A stretch of 64,000 nucleotides of DNA from Octopus sinensis (GCF_006345805.1 NC_043013.1:18476001-18540000); one strand, 5' to 3'; counted from the stretch's first letter, positions 13,627-26,029 are shown. Notes: generated by a model not told the origin, from the letters alone. Numbers and translations are program-made.

Positions 13627-14053
13627 ACGTGTTCTTCTTTTCTCGTGAGATGACATCAAACGTTTGTGATTTTGGCCAAAAAATATATTTCTTTGAATTT
13701 TCAACGCTCTTTGTATTTTTAGAACAAGCATTATTGCTTCTATTTTTACTCTTAATTGGGGGGGGGATGTTGTGGTTGTTACTGTTTTTGTTGTTATTGT
13801 GGTTGTCATTGTTGTTGTTGCTAGTAATACTGCTTTTACAGTTTTTAATTACGCCTGAAGAATTGTTGGGAAGGAGTTGACTGTCAAAGATAATTTCACC
13901 TTCAAAACCTCCTCCCACTTCCTCTCTTCTTGGTGCGGGAATGAAGATATTTTGAAAATATGCTTTATGTCTCGAAAAAATTTCTTCTTTTAAAATTTTT
14001 CTTCGTAGGGCGACAACAGAAAACGGCTGAAGAGCCCTAATGGCTCTATTCAT
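13625..14053 (-). CDS. Candidate exon or ORF, 142 aa, unknown product
   Basis: The only non-repeat ORF preceded by a strong acceptor-like tract (TTTTATTGTTTTAGCTTCTTTTTTTAG|ATG). The other two frames stop immediately. It has an Asn-rich segment and no recognisable domain. Confidence 0.25.
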   Translation of the reverse strand: MNRAIRALQPFSVVALRRKILKEEIFSRHKAYFQNIFIPAPRREEVGGGFEGEIIFDSQLLPNNSSGVIKNCKSSITSNNNNDNHNNNKNSNNHNIPPPIKSKNRSNNACSKNTKSVENSKKYIFWPKSQTFDVISREKKNT

Positions 14054-14580
14054 CTAAAAAAAGAAGCTAAAACAATAAAATCAACATAAACAGACTTCTC
14101 AAAAGAAAACAATGTACAAATTCATTGAGCTCTCGAAGCACTTCCAAAAGTAGTAGACTATGGTACCTAATTGACTGTGGAAGACGCTTTGTATTGCGAT
14201 AAGTCGACAACAGCAGCTGAGATATGATCGGTGATTAGTGGCTGTAGAAGGGGGAAATCATCTGGTTTGGATAGTCTATGTTAAAGGCTTTACGTAAATA
14301 CGCCAGGTTTGTTCCTGGATATCTTCTGTAACAGGTAGCAGCACAACGGGAGAACTCTCAGTTTTATGAGTCAATGAATATTAACATCATTGGAGAGAAG
14401 GATATAAACAAAAGGGGTGTCTCTGAAACTTTTGTCCCATAACTTGCCTTCTGTGGGGTCCTGATGAACTGGAACCGATCGTAAGTGTTCGATACGATTA
14501 CCTATCCTTGCATGGCAGCTGTTCTTAAGGTAGCTTATATTAGGCCCGTTGCTGCCCAAGGACAGGACCATTTTGATGCC

Positions 14581-17230
14581 CACCAGCACCACCACCATCA
14601 CCAGCACCAGCACCACGAGCACCACGAGCACCACCACGAGCACCAGCACCAGCACCACCAGCACCAGCACCAGCACCAGCACCAGCACCAGCACCAGCAC
14701 CAGCACCAGCACCAGCACCAGCACCAGCACCAGCACCAGCACCAGCACCACCAGCACCAGCACCACCACCATCACCAGCACCAGCACCAGCACCGCCACC
14801 AGCACCAGCACCAGCACCAGCACCAGCACCAGCACCACCAGCACCAGCACCACCACCATCACCAGCACCAGCACCATCACCAGCACCAGCACCAGCACCA
14901 GCACCAGCACCACCAGCACCAGCACCACCACCAGCACCAGCACCAGCACCAGCACCAGCACCAGCACCAGCACCATCACCAGCACCGCCACCAGCACCAG
15001 CACCAGCACCACCAGCACCAGCACCACCACCAGCACCAGCACCAGCACCACCAGCACCAGCACCACCACCAGCACCACCACCAGCACCAGCACCACCACC
15101 ATCACCAGCACCGCCACCAGCACCAGCACCAGCACCACCAGAACCAGCACCAGCACCAGCACCAGCACCACCACCAGCACCAGCACCACCACCATCACCA
15201 GCACCGCCACCAGCACCAGCACCAGCACCACAAGCACCAGCACCACCACCAGCACCAGCACCAGCACCAGCACCAGCACCAGCACCACCAGCACCAGCAC
15301 CACCACCATCACCAGCACCAGCACCAGCACCGCCACCAGCACCAGCACCAGCACCAGCACCAGCACAGCACCAGCACCACCAGCACCAGCACCACACACA
15401 TCACCAGCACCAGCAACCAGCACCACCACCAGCACCAGCACCAGCACAGCACCAGCACCAGCACCAGCACCAGCACCAGCACCACGCACCAGCACCACCA
15501 GCACCAGCACCACCACCAGCACCAGCACCAGCACCAGCCACCACCAGCACCAGCACCACACCAGCACCAGCACCGCCACCAGCACCAGCACCAGCACCAG
15601 CACCAGCACCAGCACCAGCACCAGCACCGCCACCAGCACCAGCACCAGCACCACCAGCACCAGCACCACCACCAGCACCACCAGCACCAGCACCACCACC
15701 AGCACCAGCACCAGCACCAGCACCGCCACCAGCACCAGCACCAGCACCAGCACCAGCACCAGCACCAGCACCAGCACCAGCACCACCACCAGCACCAGCA
15801 CCAGCACCAGCACCACCAGCACCAGCACCAGCACCACCAGCACCAGCACCACCACCAGCACCACCAGCACCAGCACCACCACCAGCACCAGCACCAGCAC
15901 CAGCACCGCCACCAGCACCAGCACCAGCACCAGCACCAGCACCAGCACCAGCACCAGCACCAGCACCACCAGCACCAGCACCAGCACCAGCACCAGCACC
16001 AGCACCAGCACCAGCACCACCACCAGCACCACCAGCACCACCAGCACCAGCACCACCACCATCACCAGCACCAGCACCAGCACCAGCACCAGCACCAGCA
16101 CCACCAGCACCACCAGCACCACCAGCACCACCAGCACCAGCACCACCACCATCACCAGCACCAGCACCAGCACCGCCACCAGCACCAGCACCAGCACCAG
16201 CACCAGCACCAGCACCACCAGCACCAGCACCACCAGCACCACCAGCACCAGCACCACCACCAGCACCAGCACCAGCACCACCAGCACCAGCACCACCACC
16301 AGCACCAGCACCAGCACCAGCACCAGCACCAGCACCAGCACCACCAGCACCAGCACCACCACCAGCACCAGCACCAGCACCAGCACCACCAGCACCAGCA
16401 CCACCACCAGCACCAGCACCAGCACCAGCACCAGCACCACCACCAGCACCAGCACCAGCACCAGCACCACCACCAGCACCAGCACCAGCACAGCACCACC
16501 ACCACCAGCACCACAGCACACCAGCACCACCAGCACCACCAGCACCAGCACCACCACCATCACAGCACCAGCACCAGCACCGCCACCAGCCCAGCACCAG
16601 CACCAGCACCAGCACCAGCACCACCAGCACCAGCACACACCAGCACAGCACCAGCACCAGCACCAGCACCAGCACCAGCACCAGCACCAGCACAGCACCA
16701 GCACCACCAGCACCAGCACCACCACCATCACAGCACAGCACCAGCACCAGCACCAGCACCAGCACCAGCACCAGCACAGCACCAGCACCACAGCACCAGC
16801 ACCCCACCATCACCAGCACCAGCACCAGCACCCAGCACCAGCACAAGCACCAGCACCAGCACCAGCACCAGCACCAGCACCCAGCACCAGCACCAGCACC
16901 AGCACCAGCACCACCACAACCACCACCACCACAACAACCACACACACCACACAACCACCACCACCCCCCAGCACCAGCCACCACCAGCACCAGCACCACC
17001 AGCACCACCAGCACCACCATCACCAGCACCACCTCCACCACCACCACCACCACCACCACCTGCACCACCAGCACCACCACCAGCACCACCAACACCACCA
17101 GCACCAGCACCACCAGCACCACCAGCACCACCAGCACCACCAGCACCACCAGCACCAGCACCAGCACCACCAGCACCAGCACCACCAGCACCACCAGCAC
17201 CACCAGCACAGCACCACCACCACCACCACC
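14581..17230. repeat. 2.65-kb (CACCAG)n/(CAC)n tandem array with higher-order structure
   Basis: Direct reading. The unit composition contains no stop codons, so long HQ, TS, PA, GA, VL and WC ORFs arise automatically. Confidence 0.95.
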
Positions 17231-17434
17231 TAATGGAATGGGATGCCGTGGTGTATCAGACCCTTTAACCAACAATGTTCCAACAGTATCCGATCTGCTT
17301 TTTATTGTAAGGGTCCAATTTTAAACGATAGTTTGGTATGATGCCGCTGCTACTTCTAGCAGACGGATCCGCTACGTAGAGGCTTCCTCACTGGTTGTTG
17401 TTGTTGTTGCTATTATTGTTAATGTTGTTCAATC

Positions 17435-17646
17435 GATGAGCTAGCAGAATCGCCAGCACGCCGGGCAAAGTGCTTAGCGGCATTTTGTTCGTCTTTCTGT
17501 TTTGAGTTCAAATTCCGCCGATGTCAACTTTACCTTTCACCCTTTCAGGGTTCGATGAAATAAGTACCAGTTGAACTCCGGGGTCAATGTAATCGACTTA
17601 TCCCCTTCCCCGCCCACCCAAATATTGCTGGCCTTGTGCTAACATT
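17435..17646 (+). mobile_element. tRNA-derived SINE, family B (tail type 2)
   Basis: GAGCTAGCAGAATCG...TGAGTTCAAATTCCGCCGA...CCTTTCACCCTTTCAGGG...AAGTACCAG. Tail CCCCTTCCCC...GGCCTTGTGC ending in ATTATT. Confidence 0.8.
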
Positions 17647-17974
17647 TGGAAACCATTATTTTTAGCATTGTTGTTGTAGATCAATAGCATTGTCGGAGTT
17701 ATTGTAACTGCTATTTTGGCTTTTGTTATTTTTGATGCAGTTCTTGTTAGTGTAGTTACTGTCGTGTTTGTTGTAGTCGATAGTGTAGCTGTTGCCGTTG
17801 TAGTATTTGTTGTTAGATCACTCATAGTTGTTGTTTTAGTTGTAAATGCTCTTATAGGTGTTGTTAGTGTAGCCGTTATTATTGTAGAACTGGTTTTTAT
17901 TCTAATCCTTGTTGCAGATGTTGTGGTAGGTGTAGTAACTGAGACGGTGTTTGTAGTTATTGTTATAGCTGCTG

Positions 17975-18006
<32 letters not shown>

Positions 18007-18218
18007 GGTGTATTGGTGATGTTGTTGGTGTTGGTGTTGGTTGTGCTTGTAGTTTGTCATATTAACATCACGTTATTCCTCCGTATCTAACCAACAGCGA
18101 AGTCTTGAAGGAATTATTGAGATTACAGCCACAGAATCAAGAAAGCATTTCATGTTGGATGTCATTCAAACTAACAGCTAAACTATGTATGTATAGATAT
18201 ATACATACTTACATATAT

Positions 18219-18303
<85 letters not shown>

Positions 18304-18622
18304 CATACATATACATACATATACATACATATACATACATATACATACATGTGTTGTATGTCAGTGTGTACGTGGTGTGTTAGTTGGTGATGGGGTCAAT
18401 CATATATATATATATGTATATGTAAGTATGTATGTATGAATATATGTATGCTTGAGTGAATGCACACATACGTATACACGTATATATTTATATTATATTA
18501 AGCACAAACACACACACACACGCACACACATATATACATACACACACACAACATATAATCATACATGCAGACACACACTCACAGAGCGAGAGATAGACAG
18601 ATAGATAAAGATGAATAGGAGA

Positions 18623-18664
<42 letters not shown>

Positions 18665-18861
18665 TAGAGAGATGAAATGAGGGATGAAATGAACCACGCC
18701 TGCGTGCCCAAATACTAAAGCTTATTTATATAAACTTTATTATTTGTTTGCAGAGAATCACTTCATTTCATTAAGACATAACACACAAACTCGCACACAC
18801 ATATGTACATAGGCCTATACACTTAAACACATACATACACAAACGTGCATACACTATACAC

Positions 18862-18910
<49 letters not shown>

Positions 18911-19313
18911 TGTGTGTGTGATAGCATAGATAAATTGTCTGATGGTAAATACATATTCTCGCACATGTGCAACCACACACACATACATACATATACACAT
19001 AGATGTATAGACAGGTGTAAATAAAATATATATATATATATTATATATTATATATATACTGTGAGTGTGTCTATATGTATATATTATATATATATATATA
19101 TATAATATATAATATATATGTATGTATGCATGCATGTATGTATGTATGTTTGTATGTATGTACACGAGTGAGTGGACAAACGAAAGAGAAGAAAGAAAAA
19201 GGCAATGCACACATTTAGCACAGTACGAAACTTTAAGTCGTATCTGTGTGTGTGTGGCGTGTGTATGTATGTATACGTATATATCTGTGATAATATATAT
19301 ATATATATAGTAG

Positions 19314-19374
<61 letters not shown>

Positions 19375-19465
19375 CCCAACATCACATTACATACATACTA
19401 CATACATACATATACATACATACATACATACATACATTACATACATACATAACATACATATATAT

Positions 19466-19603
19466 ATGTGTACCGTTGGCGATTCCTTTTCCCCTGTCTT
19501 CCCTTCTCTGGATCTTTCCTTCTTTCCTGAGCGTCCAATAATACTATATTTGTTCCACGTCCTCGCGTTGTTGTGTTTTTTTGTGTTTTCATGTTTGGAT
19601 TAA
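19466..19603 (+). mobile_element. Hammerhead-family short repeat, core-deleted copy
   Basis: Collinear with the minus-strand element at 26027-26220 but lacks 52 nt between two CCTTCT repeats. Flanked by (TA)n/(TACA)n. Confidence 0.75.
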
Positions 19604-19604
19604 C

Positions 19605-19670
<66 letters not shown>

Positions 19671-19672
19671 CA

Positions 19673-19870
19673 CTAGCAGAGAACCCCGCGTTGCCCGTGT
19701 TACATGAAATTGAAGAACTTAACTTTTATGTTATTTTTCTCTAATGAACTGGAAATCTATGATCCGAATTTAATCAAAATTGCAGATGAGGGTTCTTTCC
19801 CTCTTTACACACCCTAAAAAATTCGAATCATGACACAAGTATCCCATACTACTGATCTTTATGCGCTGAT
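19673..19870 (-). mobile_element. Non-autonomous Helitron-like element end
   Basis: The minus strand ends CACGGGCAACGCGGGGTTCTCTGCTAG|T (hairpin then CTAG), the same type of terminus as 42799 and 48888. Confidence 0.5.
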
Positions 19871-20229
19871 TCCAAAATTCCAGACTTATGGAACCTGTTA
19901 AAAGGGTTTTGCTCCTGAAAAATGGAGGTCATGGAGCTCTAAAATGTAAGAGTTAAGGCCCCTATTGGGGGTGGGTGTCTTAATGTCAACCAGAGAAGTT
20001 GAATTCTTGAGAATCTTTTTAACTTGGGTCCTATATCTATTGTTTGAATTTCTTTGAAATAGGAAATATATGTATGTTCACTGGGTTTGTAAAAGAGAGC
20101 AAAGCTAGAGGAAACCAAAAGAAGAATGATCATGATAAGCAGTCAGTTACCCTGTCCTAGTCGTTACCGAATTCAATTTATCAAAGTTTGAAAAAAAAAC
20201 CCAAAATGAACTAGCTCATATAGAAATAG

Positions 20230-20745
20230 CGCATGGGTACTTGGTACGAAAGACGCAAACCTTAGAAGGAATTGATCATATCCAAAGATTGGCACGGAAG
20301 GTTGCTTCCATGCAATTCAAGATCAAGAGAGCCCTACCAAATACCTGCAAAATAAAAAAGTAGAAAACATAGATTGAGAATAAATGTAGGTTGTGCAAAA
20401 CCAAAATTGAAGAAACCAAACAATGTTATAGTCTATTGCAAAAGAATATCTTTCAGATATTTTTATATGCTGCATGATATGTTGGCCAGAACAGTATGAA
20501 ACAGGAGATCAAAAAGGAAAACACCAACGGACCAACATGATTATATTAAGACCAATGGGTCAAGAGAATATCGGTGGAACTTAATTAAAACAGCCACCGA
20601 CATAGAACACAACCGACCAGATGTTGTTGTGTGTAGCCACAAGGAAAAGGTATGCTGTGTTCGTGGAAATCAGCTGACCTCTGGATACCAATGTGGATAG
20701 AAAAATCCAGACAGAAGAGGACTTCACAACTTTGGTACCAAGCAG
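20230..20745 (+). pseudogene. Old R4/Dong-clade LINE relic from a different subfamily
   Basis: Frameshifted TEGCFHAIQDQE, KCRLCKTKIEE, EHNRPDVVVCSHKEKVC and VEIS*PLDTNVDRK, in the same motif order as the two younger copies. Confidence 0.75.
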
Positions 20746-20791
20746 GTTGCCGATCAAAATTAACTTTAAATTAAAAATAGAAAAAGTACGT

Positions 20792-20840
<49 letters not shown>

Positions 20841-22445
20841 AAACACACACACACACACAACACACACATAAACACAACAGGCTTTCGAAGGCCCTCCATT
20901 AAAATACCTCGCAGCAGAATCCAACCCGTTTTGCCGAGGCTACGAATCAAACATCTTAACCATTACAGCTACGTCTGCACATTTAATACTGAATATCAAT
21001 ATTCTAAATTTCAAGATGTGTTAGTGAATTAGTAATTTCGTCAGACTTGAAAAACTAATAGCAATATGCAAATTAACTGATTTTGTTTAGAATTAATATG
21101 CATTTTAGAGATGACTATCAGGTAAGGTTTTTTATTGACTTCATGGCGACTGAATGAGTTAATTATAATGTGGCAGCCGGATATTTTAAATATATTTAAA
21201 AAGATATGAATATACAAGTTTAAAAAATTATATCCAAGCGTTATATAGCTCATTTTCTTTCTGTATTTCCGTCTCTCTCTCCCCATCTCTATCTATGCAT
21301 ATATTTACATATACACATACACACACATGCAGATTTATATATAAACTTACACATAAACATGTATCCATGCATCTATTATCTAATTCTTTTCCTGGCTTCA
21401 TCCGGTGTATGTACGTCAAGAGACAGGTATGTATTATATCATTTTAAAAATCAATTATATATTATTATAAATGAATTAATTGTTAAAATTTCAACAAAAA
21501 TGTGATATTAGGCATTCTAAATACGAAAATATATGGATACACACATGCTTACACACATGCTTTTATGCATACATTTATGAATACATGCCCACACACACAC
21601 ACATACACACACACACAACACACAGAAAATCCACCCACTCAAACACGCATACACACACACACATTTGAAGTAAAATATGCCTCCACAGGTCTAGACGTAT
21701 TTAACTGAAAATCTTTCAAGCTATAACGGAGTTATGGCGGAGTTTTGTTTCAATTTTGAATGAATAGATATCGGTGTAACACACGCACGCACGCACAAAC
21801 AAACAAACAAACGCACACGACGCGCAGACACAGATGCCGCCCCCACTCTCCTCACAATACACTGACACATAAGCACACACATGCGCATTTCATGAAACCA
21901 TAAACTAACATTAATAATTTATGACAAAACACTCTAAAATTAAAAGCCATTTTATCACTAACTATCCATATGAGCAAAAGCCTTGCGGACAAGCTACAAA
22001 TACTTAATGCGGTTTATAAAATTGATTGCAAACGGTGAAGTTGTAAACTCAACGTCTTCGCCAGCCATATTGGCCATGCATTTAAACTATTTTTCGCCAC
22101 TTCATCTTGAATTTACAACAAGGATCAATCACATTTCCATGTTATATAAAAACCAAATGAGAAAAACTTGGTAGAAAAAGAAAAAAACATTAGCAAACAA
22201 TACATATATATACTCAACAAAATTCCCCAAGAAAATAGGAAATTAATGACTACAGAAATACTAATTACAGAATACAATGTTAAAAAAACAAACAAAAAAG
22301 AATGATAATATAGATTGTCACAAATCGAACTAAATATATACCCCTAATATTGATATATATTCCTGCGGAAATGTCAATACTGTTTTCATTAACCGTAATG
22401 GCAATACATACATACATACATGCATGCATACAAACATACATATAC

Positions 22446-22478
<33 letters not shown>

Positions 22479-22666
22479 ATATATATATAATATATATATA
22501 TATGTCTTGCAAACAACTTGCACATGCAAGTGTTACCAGTTAAAAGCTCCGCATACCGGAAGCCAGCAAGTGTATGGGGTCATCAGGAGAGAATGCGCGC
22601 CGTTTCGGGTTCTACCTCTTGACGGCATCAATGCGCACCGGTTCCCCCTCACTGATATTCGTTACC

Positions 22667-22738
22667 GGACAGCCATGAAACTCGAACTCACAACCTTGTG
22701 ATTACGCGTCAAGTGCTTTACCTTTAAGCTAAACTGCC
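22667..22738 (-). tRNA. tRNA-like sequence (Thr-CGT-like pseudogene or SINE head)
   Basis: 72 nt: acceptor stem GGCAGTT/GGCTGTC, D stem GCTT/AAGC, loop CGCGTAA, T arm GTGAG-TTCGAGT-TTCAT. The anticodon stem has mismatches, and a GC-rich body (22520-22666) follows. Confidence 0.5.
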
Positions 22739-22856
22739 TTATAATGAATTGGTCTGCAATTTTAGGATTTATAAATCTAGCTTTATAAAACGCCAACGTC
22801 AAATTCAACTTACGATGAGTGTAAACAAACAAGGCTTGTTTTAGATGCATTGAGAT

Positions 22857-22968
22857 GTATTGAAAGATACTGAAATAATTTATTCTCAAACGCAGGATAT
22901 TGCTAATACACTAGCATGATCAGGATAAACTGCGTTTGAGAATAAATTATTTCTGTATCTTTCAATAC
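22857..22968. repeat. Inverted repeat, 39-bp arms with one mismatch, 34-nt spacer
   Basis: GTATTGAAAGATACTGAAATAATTTATTCTCAAACGCAG versus CTGCGTTTGAGAATAAATTATTTCTGTATCTTTCAATAC. Confidence 0.9.
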
Positions 22969-23070
22969 TTCTTAACACTTCTAAAGCAAACTTTGGTTAC
23001 TCTCATCGTAAGTTGAATATATTTATATATAAACACTTCAATAAGTATAAACACGCGCCGACGTATATTG

Positions 23071-23104
<34 letters not shown>

Positions 23105-23172
23105 CATATATAATACTACATAAATACATATATATAATATATATGTGTGCATGTATATCTATATGTACACAC

Positions 23173-23203
<31 letters not shown>

Positions 23204-23254
23204 TATATGCAACTACATATATATATATCATATAAATACAGTGTACATTATTTG

Positions 23255-23420
23255 CGAAAAAAGTCTGAAACCATTGGTCCAGGAGTTAGATGGTAAATGT
23301 TTTTATTTTTCATACCCTTCGAAATTTTATCCCTAATAGTCGTTTGGAATTTAACTGTTCTCTCTAGCGTGCAAGGAGTCCTATGATGGATGCTTCTTAT
23401 GTGTTTAAATGTACACTATT
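23255..23420 (+). repeat. Unclassified dispersed repeat (TAACTGTTCTCTCTAGCGTGCAAGGAGTCCTATGATGG family), copy 1
   Basis: The same module is at 23595-23905 (+), 36863-36945 (+) and 55520-55808 (-). Confidence 0.8.
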
Positions 23421-23594
23421 TATATGAATAATATATAGTCTACTGAATAAAGTTTTACACGCTAGACCACTGGTAATGGACATTTCTAATATTTCTGATT
23501 ACCCTTTGATATTATTAATTATTGATAATTTTTTCTGGATAATTTTCGAATTGGAAAGACGGCATTTTTTATTTACTGCTGACAAGGAGCCGTG

Positions 23595-23905
23595 CTTGTG
23601 CGGTAGATTTGAAAAATTAGAATGTATAAGCACGGGGCATATACCGGATTGCCTCGTGTATATATATTTAATCTAAGGTGTACCTGCTGAAGAAGACCTC
23701 GCCTAGCAAATTATTTTATTTGCTTAAAAAAAGAATCTGAAATCATTGGCCCAAGAGTTAGATGGTAAATGCTTTTATTTTTCATTCCTTTCGAAATTTT
23801 ATCCTTGAATAGTGGTTTGGAATTTAACTGTTCTCTCTAGCGTGCAAGGAGTCCTATGATGGATGCGTCTTATGTGTTTAAAAGTACACAGTATTTATAT
23901 AAATC
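23595..23905 (+). repeat. Same unclassified repeat, longer copy
   Basis: Matches the reverse complement of 55520-55808 over about 290 bp. Confidence 0.8.
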
Positions 23906-23960
23906 ATCTGTATATATGTATATATATGTATATATATATTATATATATATTATATATATA

Positions 23961-24007
<47 letters not shown>

Positions 24008-24184
24008 ACCTCCAGCCCCCTCGATCTGTCTCTTTCTTCTCCTCCTCGTCCACCTTCTCTCTCTTTTCATCTGTCCCTTTCTCCTGTCTTTTGTTCTCAC
24101 GTGACCGCTAGCCGCTGTTGAGCGCTCTTTTCGTTCCAGCAGCCGCCGAAGCAACACGTATTTGTTCGTCTCCCTGCGGCCATT

Positions 24185-24580
24185 AGGCACAACTTCACAA
24201 GCCAGCCCCATACTCAACTCGTCCTGTCGAAAGACCCTTGTCCTACGTCCTGGTTTCGTTTTGTTTTTTATTTTTACCGTTATTGTTTTACGTTTTTGTA
24301 TTCTTATTGGTGTCACGTATTCTGTATTTTTTTCGTGTACTTCGTTCGTTTTCCGTCCTCGTGTTGTATACATTCGAAGCTTTCTTCAGGGGATCTAATG
24401 CGCTTGGCTTAGATTTCCCATGGCGGGCTGCCCATATCGGAGCAATCTCAAGATTAATCAGCCGAAATTGCTAAGATGATCTGGTTCTTGACTGATGACT
24501 GAGGGCTTCGAATGTCCCGTCCTGTGGTTCTTGTGTCGTCTCTGTGGTGTTTCATGTTCTTGTCCATGTCTGTAATTATT
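24185..24580 (+). repeat. Unclassified dispersed repeat, family D
   Basis: Homologous to 44105-44480 (-) and 43790-43860 (-). Internal inverted ends CATTCGAAGC...GCTTCGAATG. Possibly PLE terminal-repeat derived (inference). Confidence 0.7.
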
Positions 24581-24593
24581 TTTACTGTTTACC

Positions 24594-24627
<34 letters not shown>

Positions 24628-25245
24628 AAAATAGACATACATATATATGAATGTATCTATCTATCTCTCTCTCTATATATATACATGCATGAATACATAT
24701 GTACATACATTCATACATGCATACATAAATACATTCATACGTACATACATGCATAAATTCACATATAATCCCATGTCGATATGAATGTCTAAGCATAAAT
24801 TATCAAAAGTAAACAACTATAGTGAACTAACGACAAACTTATAGCTCTTGTTTACGGTCTGTAGATTTTCATTTGCGTATATTATCATAGACACACTGGG
24901 TTGCGTAATAGCTTATTTGCATGACAGATTAAAAATGGTGGGGTTTTCAAAGACAGAACAAGTCAAAGTGATTGACGTTAACCAAGGCCAATCGATTAAG
25001 GCTACAGTGAAGGCGTTTAAAGCATTCTAGGAATTCTCAATTTGAGATTTCTGTTTCTTGGAAGAAACATAGATACAATTACATCTGTATGCTACATGCA
25101 TAAAGAGTAAACAAACACATACACCTTTGTGATAAAAATTCTCATACTCTCTTCTCTCTTTTCTCTCTCTCTCTCACACACACACACACGAACACACAGA
25201 CACACACACACACATATTGACTGATATATATATATATATATCTAT

Positions 25246-25292
<47 letters not shown>

Positions 25293-25844
25293 AACATTCA
25301 CACATGCTTATGCATATACACATTTACTCATTTATATATATATATGTATGTCTGTATGTGTGTGCGTGTGTACGATAGATGCTATATTAATACTGCGAGT
25401 TAATATTTAGCCACACTTAAACGTGGATGTTCTCTTAGAACAAACTATACAGCAGAAACTCTCATATTGGCTTTTGTTGCAAAAGATTTGTGGGGAGGTA
25501 AATCCCCACGAACTCCAGCGCCGAGACCACCAGATCCCGTCGTTTCGACCTTCCTTGGTCTTATCAATGATGGAAGCTCGACCGCTAGAGATAGTAGCGA
25601 CTCGTCTTCCAGTCACACACACACACATACACACACAGATTTTTGATTATATATATATATAAGAATATATATTTATGTGTGCGTGTGTATATATGTATAT
25701 ATATTTATATACATGTGTGTGCGTGTGTATGTGCATGTGTGTGTATACACACACACACACTAAAATTCCTCAAGGCGGTACCCGAGCATGGACGCAGCCA
25801 GATGAATGAAATTAGTAAAACCTAACCCACAAAGGTTTTGATGC

Positions 25845-25993
25845 AGGCGTGGATGTGAATGTGTGATGAGAAATTTGCTTCCCAATCACATGATTCCGGA
25901 CTCAGTTCCACTGCGTAGCAACTTGAGCAAGTGGCTTCTAGCCGATCAAAGTTTTGTGAGGGAATTTGGTAGATGAAATCTGAAAGAAGCCCG

Positions 25994-25996
<3 letters not shown>
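25845..25996 (+). mobile_element. Family A SINE head
   Basis: GGCGTGG...TTTGCTTCCCAATCACATG...TGAAAGAAGCCCGTC. Confidence 0.75.

Positions 25997-26026
<30 letters not shown>

Positions 26027-26029
<3 letters not shown>

Noticed and set aside
13970-14053. Resemblance of AIRALQPFSVVALRRKILKE to KCNQ helix B or a GPCR helix 8
   Set aside because: The similarity is too short and needs gaps, the downstream conserved motif is absent, and no flanking exons were found.
14100-14575. Minus-strand LRKAFNID word resembling an RT motif
   Set aside because: An isolated match with stops nearby and no other RT motifs.
22560-22650. Apparent hammerhead (GCCGTC, CGAAACGGC, CTGATGA on the minus strand)
   Set aside because: The motifs occur in the order GUC, GAAA, CUGAUGA, which is the wrong cyclic order, and stem II cannot form.
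23685-23712. CTGAAGAAG-hairpin in the 23595/55520 repeat
   Set aside because: The hairpin is followed by AGCAAA rather than GAAA in both copies, and there is no stem III.
24372-24520. CTGATGA/CTGAAGA and CCGAAA words in family D
   Set aside because: No arrangement gives CUGANGA-stem II-GAAA-stem III-UH.
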